NCBI RefSeq assembly: GCF_036321535.1
Contig: NC_087438.1
Location: forward strand, 808,001 to 872,000
From: Camelus dromedarius
Taxonomy: Eukaryota
Direction: 5' to 3'
Length of the DNA: 64,000 bases
Positions 27,101 through 37,315 of the stretch are shown here, piece by piece; within the stretch, counting starts at the first letter, position 1, and every line of letters begins with the position of its first letter. A program made the translations under genes and the position numbers. The notes below the pieces were generated by a model, which did no database searches, was not told the origin of the DNA, and was given only the letters and a program-made list of their open reading frames with translations.

Positions 27101-28699
27101 GCTTGTGGCATTTTCTCCGAGTGTGTGTCTCGGGTGGCCCTGTCCCAAGTGTGCACGTGGTGGGTGGGGCCTGCCTCTCCCCCCAGAGAGCCCAGTGTGA
27201 CAACGTGGCTGTGGAAGGAGGGACTGGGGTGAGTCCCAGATCCTACACCGGAGTCGAGTGACCAGGAACAGCCCAGGCCGGAGGGGGACGTGGCTGGACC
27301 CCCCCTTGTCAGATGCCGGCCCAGGACTTGGCTCCCGATGCGGCCCCCTCCCTGGGCGGCAGCACGCCTGGCTGGGCCCTCCTGCCAGGAGGGGAAACGC
27401 TTGTCCTCGTTTTAACACGCCGTTCCAGGCCTGGACCTGCCGTCTCTGCCTCTGAGCCTCCGCCAGCAGCACCTGCAGGCGCAGCGAGCGGCTGGCTCCC
27501 GTTGCCGCCTCGTGTTACGTCACGAAGGGGTGAACTTGACAGCACAGGGAAGCCTGACGCTCTGACCAGGCCCCCACCCCCAAAAGCAGCTGGCCCGATG
27601 ATGTCGAAGCTTCAGTGAGGGGGTCCGTCCTAACATGGTGATCTCCACCACACTTTGAGGGTGCTTCCCAGCAGAACACAGGGCTGTGACCCCCAGGGCT
27701 GGAGGGTGGCTTGTGTGACTCTGTGTCTGCGAGCATTCCTGGCATCCCTGCACGGCCCTCGTCTGCAGGACACAGGGTCCCGCATAAACCCTGAGGGGCT
27801 GGTGCGCTTTGCTTTTGTGCAGAAGCTCCAGCACCCTCTCCATCCCTGTGTGTGCGCCTGGCGGGGCCCCAGGACAGGGCTGCGCTGTCAGACTGGGGGC
27901 CGCCTGAGAAGAGGCGGGTGAGGAGGAACTGTTTGCTGACCCGAATCTCGGGGCACGGAGCAGCCACCGCCCTGGCCCCACCACCAACGCCAGGAGGCTA
28001 CCCTCCAGTCCTCCAGCGGGGAGTTGGGAATGACCAGACCCCGGCTTCGCTTTCGCCTCTTCCTTCACTTAACAACAGGAGAACGATTCAAGCAATACAC
28101 AGGCAATGCCCGTTTACTATGTCAGGAACAGCAAGTGCCTGTGAGCACGAAGGAGGTAAACAGCTCTGCTCGGGGCACACGCTCCGCTCCGGCCCGGCAG
28201 GGTCCGCGCGCACGCGCTCCCTTCACCAGCCTCCCCGAGCTGTCGCGGGAACAGCGCCCCGAGTGCCACTAGATCCCGAAGCCGTGGCCGCGTACGCAGC
28301 TCGCCTCTCTTATCCGGTTTCGGGGATTAACACGTCAGCTCTTCCTCCTACGTCTATTTCTACACCCTTCGCTGATTTAAGAGGGGGGCTGAGTGCGAGG
28401 CTGACGTTTCTCTCTGCTCCACAAAGCGTGTGTTTAAGGCGTGTGTGTGACACGGAGAAGCTGCAGAAGCCAATGCTCCAGGTCGGCAAACAGCCGTACA
28501 AGGTTGAGTTCTGTAACACGCTGGCCACCATCCATGTGATACGGAAACATCCAGACCTTCCCTTTGGGATCCAGAAAGCCTTTTCTGCAGAATTTCAAGT
28601 GCTGTGTTTTCCCAACACGCTGGAAGAGCAGCGAGAGCGATCTCAGCCGGGCTGGCGCGCCTGCCGCGGCCCAAGTCAGGTCTGCTGTTTTTCTAATTA

Positions 28700-28750
28700 A
28701 AAAACCACACGTAACAAACACAACCGCAAGCACATAAACTAGGTTTTATT
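28700..28750 (-). terminator. LPCAT1: LPCAT1 polyadenylation signal and GU-rich downstream element
   Basis: Minus strand AATAAA at 28750-28745 followed by TTTATGTGCTTGCGGTTGTGTTTGTTACGTGTGGTTTTTT. Confidence 0.75.
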
Positions 28751-30586
28751 CGTTCCACTGAAAACCTGAAGTTGCCTGTGGGTGCCCGTCCCACCCGCCC
28801 TCGGACCCCGGCAGGACCCCCGCGGGCGGGCGGCCGCCCCCTCCTCGCCCTCCGCGGATTCGACTCCCAGACTAAGTACACCCCTGCTCTGGCCGCCCGC
28901 AACTCAGTTCTGTGAAGGAGAATCAGGAGGAACAAACATCCATTCGCGGTCTGTCTGTCAGAGACTTTTCCCTGAGAGCGCGCAGCGGCGCCTCATTCGA
29001 AAGCCCTTCATGCGCAGACGGGGGCCGAGGCCTCCCTCAGAACATCTCAGCTTGTTCACCTCCCTCATGCCACGTGCGGGGTTCTCTTCCAAAGCGAACC
29101 TTTACGTGCTCCACGACCACCAGGTCAGTCCTGTTCGCCACCAGGGCTGCGCTGGGGGTTCTGTGTCCGGCGGGCCCGACGCCCTGAACGATGCCAGGTG
29201 GCCCCACCCGGGGCGGGAGGGGCCTCGGCAGGAACGTAAGCGGAGGCGCCTTCCTCTTGCCAAGCCTCTGTGCCTCAGGAAGTTAGCAGACGTCTTCCCT
29301 GCGCTCCTGGCCCTGGCAGCCACTTTCCACAGAGACGCCCCCAAGAAAAAATCCAATTTTCTCAGAAATTAAAATAAATTTCCCCACGAAGCCCAGAGGT
29401 TCTGCTTGAGGGGACAAAGGTGAGTGTGTGGTTGTGACTGTGCCTTGATGGCAGGTCTCTGACTGCGTCCCAAGGAAGGGAATCAAGGCGCCTTCGTAAG
29501 AGGGCAGGGAGCTTCCTCCCGAGCCCAAGGTGCTGCTGCCCCAGCGCCAAGCGGGGCCCCGCCCCCCGCCCCCCCGGCCACCCACCGCCCGTCCCCACTG
29601 CGCCCACACCTCCCCCCGCCCCCCCGCACGGCTCATGGTCTCCAGAGCCGCAGGGGTTGGGGCGGGGGGCACACTCAGCCGTGGCCGGGCCTCCCGGAGC
29701 GTCACGGGCCCCCGGGGCACCTGACCTGGGGACTCCCTTCCCGGTTCCACCTTCTGCCTGACTTATCTCACCAGCACCCGGTGCTCTGATTAGAGCTGAC
29801 GCTACGGCGGAGTGGATTCTGCCATATTGCAACAGAAACCCCAAGTAGTATAAAAACAGCGGCATCTGAAAAGGATCAAGGAGGCAGGAGAGCGGTCGGG
29901 GCCGGGCACCCGCGGCGCCCCAGCGGAAGCAGCGGCCTGGCCAGGGGAGGCCGGGGAGGCGCGCTCAGAGCCCCGCATAGCCTCAGGTTCTATCAAAAAA
30001 GGGCATATAAATAAATATCCTCTGACCCTGAAAGGAAAACGAAGTAGAAAAACAATGTTCTCTTTATAAAAAAAAGCTGACTGTTTCCTGGAGTATCTAA
30101 ATGAAGTTTATAAAATCCTCATGAGCTCCTGCAAATATAGAAATGTTTAAAAATCAGACGGCGGCTCTGCCCTGCCTCCTCGGCGGTCGGGACTCGCTGC
30201 TGGGATCAGACGCAGGGGACACGTCCCGTTTCTCAAGTGCGCGTGCACGCACGGGGCCCGGCTGCCGAGAGTGGACTGGGGCTGGGGGGAGGGGGGGCAG
30301 GCGGGAGAGGCGGATGGAAACTGAAACCCAGGATGCTGGAGGGGGGAGGGGAACACAAAGTGACGCCCGGGGCCGGCCTCGAGCACCTGCCGGAGGGAGA
30401 GCCCGGACACGCCCCCAGGAGCCCCCGTGTGCAGACCAGGCCTCTCCCTCCAGTGCTCTGCGCAGGGCCACGCGCTGGCCCCGCCAGGACCTCGGGCCTG
30501 AGGGTGGGGACAGCACGTGTGGGAGGGCGAAACCGGACGCTGTTGCCGCAGCAGCCGGGCGGCGGCGGTAGGGAGAACCTTCCGTC
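28725..30586 (-). other. LPCAT1: LPCAT1 3' UTR (about 1.9 kb)
   Basis: Runs from the stop codon to the first strong AATAAA plus GU element seen. Contains U-rich blocks and ATTTATTTA near 30008-30016. Confidence 0.7.
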
Positions 30587-30771
30587 CTAGTCCAGTTTCT
30601 TACACAAAGGGTCGGGCCCGATGCCCGAGTTTTCGGGGCTGAAGTCAGTGCAGAAGCCGTTGGCGGTCAGGGCTGGGGGCGTCTGTGTGCCGCTCTGGAA
30701 GCGCGTCTGGTCGGGGTACAGGTATTCCTCTGCAAAGTCGGGGTACGTTTCCGCAAACCTCTCGAAGTCGG
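30587..30771 (-). CDS. LPCAT1: Lysophosphatidylcholine acyltransferase 1, exon 14 (last coding exon)
   Basis: (A)DFERFAETYPDFAEEYLYPDQTRFQSGTQTPPALTANGFCTDFSPENSGIGPDPLCKKLD* with a C-terminal KKXX ER-retrieval motif. Acceptor tctttccag. Confidence 0.96.
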
Positions 30772-32003
30772 CTGGAAAGACAAAGGCACCTTGGTTATGG
30801 GCCCACGGGGCGAAGGCCTGGAGTCTGGGGTCTTCCCGGGTGTCCCCCCACCCCCAGGGGCGGCAGGCCGTCTCTGCGGGCGTCGGAGGCCCGCACGCCG
30901 CTTTGGTTTTCCTCTGCTGCACAGCAGCCGCCGCGAGAACCAGGGCACCTGCCGGGCCTTTCGGCTCTTCCCGCTTCGGGGAAACTGAAGGATCGGGTTG
31001 GGTGCTTTCTGGGTGCTGGGCATGGGAGGGGCCTCCGCCCAAGCGCTGGTTTAGACACAAGGAGAGGCATCCTCTGGTGGCCTGACAGCTCACCAGGCAG
31101 GCGCGTGGGTGGATGCGGCTGTGCTCTGGGGAGGCCAGGTGCACGGAGGGCCACCCCGCTGTCACGCAGCCTTTGCCCCTGTGTGTCTCCTGGTGGCCAC
31201 GGGCCTGGTGTTGGGGTGGAGAGCGCCCCCCAAGGGCTTGGTGATGCTCAGAGGCCCAGGCGCAGGGCACGGCGGGCTCCAGGTGGCTGTAGGAGATGCG
31301 CCCGTGTTCCCTTGGGAAGCGGGACCAGTGTCCCCCAGGAATGGCTGCCGTTGGTCAGGGCTCACTGTGAGCGGCCGTACCTCGCTCCCTGGGAGGCCTG
31401 CCCCCCCTTGATGCCGACACACACACACACACCCCCTAAACCAACACTTGTGCCTGACATTTGGATGCAATTTAAAAGCACATCCAAACACGATGTGAAC
31501 AGTGACCTTTCCTGAGCAAACATCTCTTATTTCAGGGAGATTACACGTTCATCTTCAAATGTGCATGCCGGCTGGTGTGCTGGGCAGGGCCGCCTTCTGG
31601 GGGTGCTGCTGCCCACCCCTCCCTGCCTCAGCCCCAGACAGGTCTCAGGCCTGGTCCCCAAGGACCCCGGCCGCCCTGCTTTCTGTGGTGACAGTTTCCA
31701 AAGCCATCAACCCACCCCCCAGGAGACGCCCCCAGGATCAGCCCCGCTGGGCTGGCACAGATTCCCTCCGCCACCGGGGAGCCTGACCCTGCCGACCGTG
31801 GCCCGGGGACGGGACGCGTCTACGTGGGGGTTCTGGCCTCGGAACTTGCTTCCACTGATCACCTGCAGAAACAAGACTGGGAGCCCCCAGCCCCCTCCCC
31901 CTGCCCAGTCTTGGGAAGGGCCTTCCCTTGAATGTCCTCATTCGGGACAATACAGTGTTTCCCCCTCATGCACGGGGGCGTCCTCCCTGCTCCAGCCACT
32001 CAC

Positions 32004-32142
32004 CAAACGTGATCTTCCCCGTCTCCTCTTGGTCGATGGCGCGGAAAAGCTCGGCCACGCTCAGCTCGGCCACCCCCAAGGCAGTCCTGAGGATGCAGGA
32101 CAGGGCGCCCTGGTCGATGCTGCCGTCCCGGGACCCGTACAT
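32004..32142 (-). CDS. LPCAT1: LPCAT1 exon 13 (139 nt; second EF-hand-like region)
   Basis: MYGSRDGSIDQGALSCILRTALGVAELSVAELFRAIDQEETGKITF(A). Acceptor cctcacag, donor G|gtgagt. Confidence 0.96.
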
Positions 32143-32329
32143 CTGTGAGGCAGAGGCTGCGTCACCCCACGGCCCACTCTGTCCATCGCCCCCCAGCCCC
32201 AGGAGTCCGGGGAGCCCGCTTTCCCTCCGCACGGCCTTCCCAGCTCTCCGGTGGCGCTGAGCCCATGGGTCAGAGCAGCAGGACTCAGCTCCTCGATGGG
32301 GCCCCCGGGGCAGGGTGCAGTCAGCAGCT

Positions 32330-32770
32330 CTAAATTCCTGTCTTAAGTCTTATTCACTAAGAAAGGGTGCTGCACACATTGTGGTGAGGAGATCGGTCCA
32401 CTCACAGACGTCCACCTGGGTGAACACCCTGCAGCCATGAGATGCAGTCACCCCTAAAACCTCTGGGTGAGGGGCCAGGCCACCCCCATGGGGTCCCCCG
32501 TTCAGGACCCAGATAACTGACTGCTTCAGTGACCCCTTTTCTCCCTTCCCACCCCTTAATTCCCCCACTTACGCTTTAAATTCACCGATATCACCTATAA
32601 AGAGTGAACCTGCCACACCCTTGCCCCCCCATAAAGGCGGAGCCCCAGGCCCATACTTCCCGCACCACCCTGCTGTGACCTCGCTGTGCCGTGCACCCTC
32701 CAGGACCTGTGAGTAACCAACCAGGTTTACAAGGTCCCCTGGAGGTTGCTGAGGGCGTCCTTCAGTCACA
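32330..32770 (+). mobile_element. Possible ERV solo-LTR relic in LPCAT1 intron 12
   Basis: LTR-like ordering of a TATA-like cctataaa/ccataaagg and a degenerate poly(A) region ccaggacctgtgagtaacc. Family not recognised. Confidence 0.3.
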
Positions 32771-35323
32771 ACAGGAACCGCAGGGGCTGGTGCAGCCACA
32801 GCACGGCTGTCAGTGGGCTGAGATCAGCACACAAGCCCCTTATGTCCTGCTGCCCCAACTTCTGAACTTCCTCCTCCTCCTGCCCAGGTCTGCGGGCAGC
32901 GCCCTGCCACTTCCAAGCTTGATTGGGGCTGCAGGAGATGGGTGGGCTGGCCCCCACGTGCCCTGCTCCCTGTCTGTGGGCTTCCCGCCCCTGCTCCGTG
33001 GCTCCAACCTCCGCCTGCCTCCCATGGGTGCTGAGACCTGGGGACCCCCGATCAAGCTGCTCCTCTGACCCTGAACTGTCTGGAGCATTCACGCTGCCCT
33101 CCCACTGGGGCAGAGCCCTGAGCCCTGCCAGGTACACGTGGGCTCTCAGGGCCTTTTGCTCAATGACACAAACTGGCCACCACCGCTCGGCCTTCAGGAG
33201 GCACGGACCCGCCGACCACGCCCTTTCCAGTGGCTTCTGCGTAGCTGCCCGTGTTGGCAGTGGACACCTCCTTCCCGCTCCCTGCCTGTGTCTGTGTCAC
33301 TAGACCCTCCCTCGCACCCCTGGCCTCAGGTCGCACCGTCTGTGGAGCTGGCAGCCCCGGGCCCTCTTCAGCCGCATTTCTCTCCTGTTTTTAGACTTGC
33401 TGAATACTGCACCTGGAGACTGAGCCCTCTGGGACCTTCCAGAGCCCCCGGTCAAACCCTTCCACTCAGCCTCCCCCGCCAGGCCTGCAGCCCAGCCCGG
33501 GCGCCTCCCCGACCCGTGTTGACTGGCAGAGGGCCCGCCAGGCGCCCGCCCTGGAGTCTGACGCTGTAACATTCAGAGGAAGAGGACTTCTATTTCTCCA
33601 TCCAGAAAGTGATTCTGAAGTCTGTCTGGGCCACGTCAGGAGGGACTGGGCTGCTGACGGGGAGGCAGACACTCAGGACCCACCACAAGCGGACGCCGCA
33701 TTTGTACGGGGCAGTGGCGGCGCGGGCACTGACAACACCGGCAGTACTAGTCCCACGAGCAGGAGTGACAGGAGGCAGAAACAAAGGCCCAGAAGTCTGC
33801 GAGCTCCTCGGGGATGCCCCGGGGCAGGTGCACATCTCAGGAGCTAAGCACCCCGCACATGTGGCGTGTCCTCACCGCCAGCCCAGGAGGGGCTTTAACT
33901 GTGAAACGAGGAAGCCTCGGGCGTACGTCCTCTGCAGGGCGACACCCACGTCACCTCCCTCCCCCCACCAGGTCCCGGGGGCGTCCCGCCCTGATGTGCC
34001 CAGGGACTCGGGTGTCCAGGGCTGCAGGCAGGGACAGAAAGAGGCTCCTCACTGTGACAGGGAGGCCAGGAGCCCCTGAGACCTAAACCTCACGCCGGGC
34101 AGGGCATCCACACAGGCAGAACATGCTGCGTTGCGAGGGGCGCCCAGGTGCTTCCCCAGCTCAGCGGGGGGCAGGCGGTCACTGCAAGGGCAGCGTGTGC
34201 TGGTGACCTCGGCGTGAGGCCCGCAGGGAAGGTTGTTGAGAGGACACGCTGGCCGCACTCTCCGCCCCGTCGGGTGGGGCCGTCCTCCCCTGCAGCCCCT
34301 TCCGCCTGCCCTCAGGTGGGAGCTGGGCAGTGCCTCCTGAGAAAGGTCAGGCCCACAGTCGGTTGTTTACTGAGAAACAAGCCGCCAGCCACTGTCGTTG
34401 AAGCAGATTCCACTGGTGACAACAGAAACACCGCCCGTGGGGCCACCAGATGGGGTGTGGCGTAGGCAAGCCCCCACGGGGTGATGAACCACTGGCAGCC
34501 TTGGGAGATCCCTGCCCAGCCGGAGGAAGGGGCCAGGCTTCCTCGGGCAGGGCACTACCAAGGATTGATCCACCCGGCTAGTTCCCCTGGCATGACCCAC
34601 AGAAGCCACCCTGCAGTGTGGGGGGTTCTCCTGGTGTGCCAGGGAGAGGGCCTGCCGGGTCAGGAGTGAGAGATGGGGGTTCTCCACGCAGTGAGTGACA
34701 GTCGCTTCCTGACTTACACATCAGGTTCTCATGAGTCAGGCTAATGTGAGTTGTACTTGGGAGACACATCCACAGTGAGACCCTGGCAGACTCGTGTCCC
34801 CTAGTGGACAAAGGCTGCCCAGCTCCATCTTAAGTCGCTGACCTGGCGAGCCCAGCCTTCAGGGCAGCCAGGTGAATCTGCAGGTGGGCTGGGACCCCGT
34901 CACGGGCCTTCCGGCTCCCAGACTCTCTGTGCCCGTGGTGAAAGGCCTGGCTCGGCTCCGCTGGGGCAGGCAGCACCTTAGCTTCCTTATCCCTGCTTTC
35001 CTCCATCAATGGCTAATGGGGAGGCTATGTTGGAAGAGCTGATGGATGCGGGGCTGCGCACGGTGGTGTGTGGTACCCACCAGTCCCGCTCAGACGCCCT
35101 GGACTCAGGAAGACCCTCCTCCAAGCCCTCCTTCCAAGCATGGACCACCGATTCCAGGAAGAGATTGCCTAGAGGTTCGCGGGCACTTTTACAAACAACA
35201 GTCCGTAGACACTTCCGTGAAAACAGCAGTGGGGCAAATAACCCATGTGCCAGTGTCACAGGGACTACAGACGCACCACAAGCCCGTCCCTGCACATGCA
35301 ACTCACGTCAGCGCCGCACTTGC

Positions 35324-35422
35324 CTGGAACGCCAGCCGGACGGTGTCCAGGGTCTGGGACGGCCGGCACACGACGGACAAGGCGACCACGTACTCCCGCA
35401 GGTCTATCTCGCCGCCTCCGCC
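35324..35422 (-). CDS. LPCAT1: LPCAT1 exon 12 (99 nt; first EF-hand loop) with a GC donor
   Basis: GGGGEIDLREYVVALSVVCRPSQTLDTVRLAFQ. Acceptor tctctccgcag, donor CAG|gcaagt. Confidence 0.93.
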
Positions 35423-36407
35423 CTGCGGAGAGACGCCATCAGGCGCCAGCCCCGCCGCCCGCGCGGGCGCGGGCAGCTGGGCTCAGCGCTGTCGCTGGTT
35501 GTTAGCTAAGAGGTTAGGGCCACTCTGACTTGGGGGCATTTGCCAACAAATGAGTGAAAAGAATGTTTTGGAAGAATGTTCACAACTGTTTCTCCAAGGT
35601 GGCTGAGGCTTCCTGCACAGTCTGCAAACTCTCGGGGGGTCTCCTGTGCCCAGCGGCCACCCCATCCTCCTCAGTTCTACCAAAGGCCACTGTGGCTGCT
35701 CCTTGTGGTCACACGGCACACTCAGTGTTGTCACTCTGAACACACAACACTGTCACTCGGGACATGCTATGTTGTTAACGTGGGACAGTCACGGCCGGAG
35801 GAGCCCACCACACCCCCTGCCGCGGGTCGGCTCCTGCAGGGCCCAGCACGCATGTCTGTGCGGTGTCGCGTGTGCGGGAGTCGTGGTCCTGACAGGCTGG
35901 CCCCGTGTCTGCCCGCTCCTCCCCGGGCCCTGAGGGCCGAGGGGCTGTGAACGCTGCCTCCTTGCTCAGCCAGAGTGTGTCTCCCTGCCGACGTGCGGGT
36001 GCAGGGGGGCCTGAGTGCTGCACCAGGGAGAAGCCCACGCACCAGACAGGAGGCTGAGGGGACCCCTGGCCATTCAGGAGAGGAGGCCGCTGTTCAGAAA
36101 TTCTGCAGACTGGCCACACAGGGTCAGCAGAGGCCTCTGGGGCAGGGGCCGCGGGCCAGGCCAGCGTGGCTGTGCGATGTCACAGGCCTTTAGCCACCAT
36201 CTTCAAAAAACCCAAACTACAGGCATGTTTATCAGCAAATGTTGATTTAAAAGCCAAAACTCTATGTGCATTTAAAAGCATGGAGGAAACACCCCAAAGA
36301 CAGGGTGGCTGGGGAGCGGTGGGGGGTCCATCCCCCTCTGCTTCTGGGGTCGCCTGCAGCATGCGCCCGTCCCGGGGCACACAGCTGCCCCCAGCCCAGG
36401 GCCCCAC

Positions 36408-36561
36408 CTCGTCAAACAGGGAGAACAGGTCCTCCAGTGCCTCCGACACAGGGACCCCCAGCTGCGCGGCGAACTCGGGGAGCGTCACCCTCCCGCCCGG
36501 CTTCGCCCCAGCACGTTCCGCGTGTCTGTCCAGAGCTCGGTCAAGTTTTTCTGGTTTTAGC
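36408..36561 (-). CDS. LPCAT1: LPCAT1 exon 11 (154 nt)
   Basis: (G)LKPEKLDRALDRHAERAGAKPGGRVTLPEFAAQLGVPVSEALEDLFSLFDE. Acceptor ttctgtttag, donor GAG|gtgggg. Confidence 0.95.
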
Positions 36562-37189
36562 CTAAACAGAAAACAAGGGAAAGATTTAAAGAATGCTAAA
36601 TGAGGGAGATGTGCCGCTATGTTTGAAGAGCCAAAAGATACTAAAATTAGAGACTGACAGCAGCCAGCCTTCAAGACGACGGCTGGCCTGGGCACAGCGT
36701 GTCCAGCGTGTCCGGTGTGTCTGGCGTGAGCATCTGCACACACGCTGACACTCAGGTGTGTGGGCCCCACCCTCTGGCAGGTCCGTCTGTGAACCCGGAC
36801 GGTCCTGGCGGGGCGGGGGTTCAGGCATCCAAAAAGAGACAGCGGTGCCGACCATTAGGGGTTCAAGACGCTTACTTCTGCGTCGAATGAAGTTGGTCTT
36901 TGAAAAAAGAAAAACCCCAAACCTCAGAATAAGCACCACTAAGTACCTCCCCATCGCCTGCTGCCTGTGCCTCCAGCTGGGTCCCCAAGTGCCCGGCGGG
37001 GGCCCTGTGGGGGCCTGACGAAGCTTCCGGGCTGGCAAGAAGCCTCTCAGTGGCACTTTCAGGCTGTCCCCTATGCTGAACAATCTTGCTTTTTTGTCAC
37101 AAGTGCCCGCAGCCCCGCACCTGGCACCGCCTTCCAGGGCCCACCATTCCCCCTGAAGCCCTCAGGAGGAAGGATAACCGGGAACTCAC

Positions 37190-37315
37190 CCCAGGCCCCT
37201 CACCAGCCTGGCAAACTCTAGAAGGCAGGTGTCCTCGGGCAGGCGGAGCTGGCCTTCCGCTAGGGCCAGCTGGCAGTCTTCAAACGTGTAGTCAGTTACG
37301 GACACGCCCAGGGCC
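37190..37315 (-). CDS. LPCAT1: LPCAT1 exon 10 (126 nt)
   Basis: (E)ALGVSVTDYTFEDCQLALAEGQLRLPEDTCLLEFARLVRGL(G). Acceptor ctcttgcag, donor GG|gtgagt. Confidence 0.96.

Noticed and set aside
26350..34349. NURR1 NBRE matches AAAGGTCA at 26350-26357 and 34342-34349 and TGACCTTT at 31503-31510
   Set aside because: About two exact 8-mer matches are expected by chance in 64 kb on two strands. One lies in an L1 relic and none cluster.
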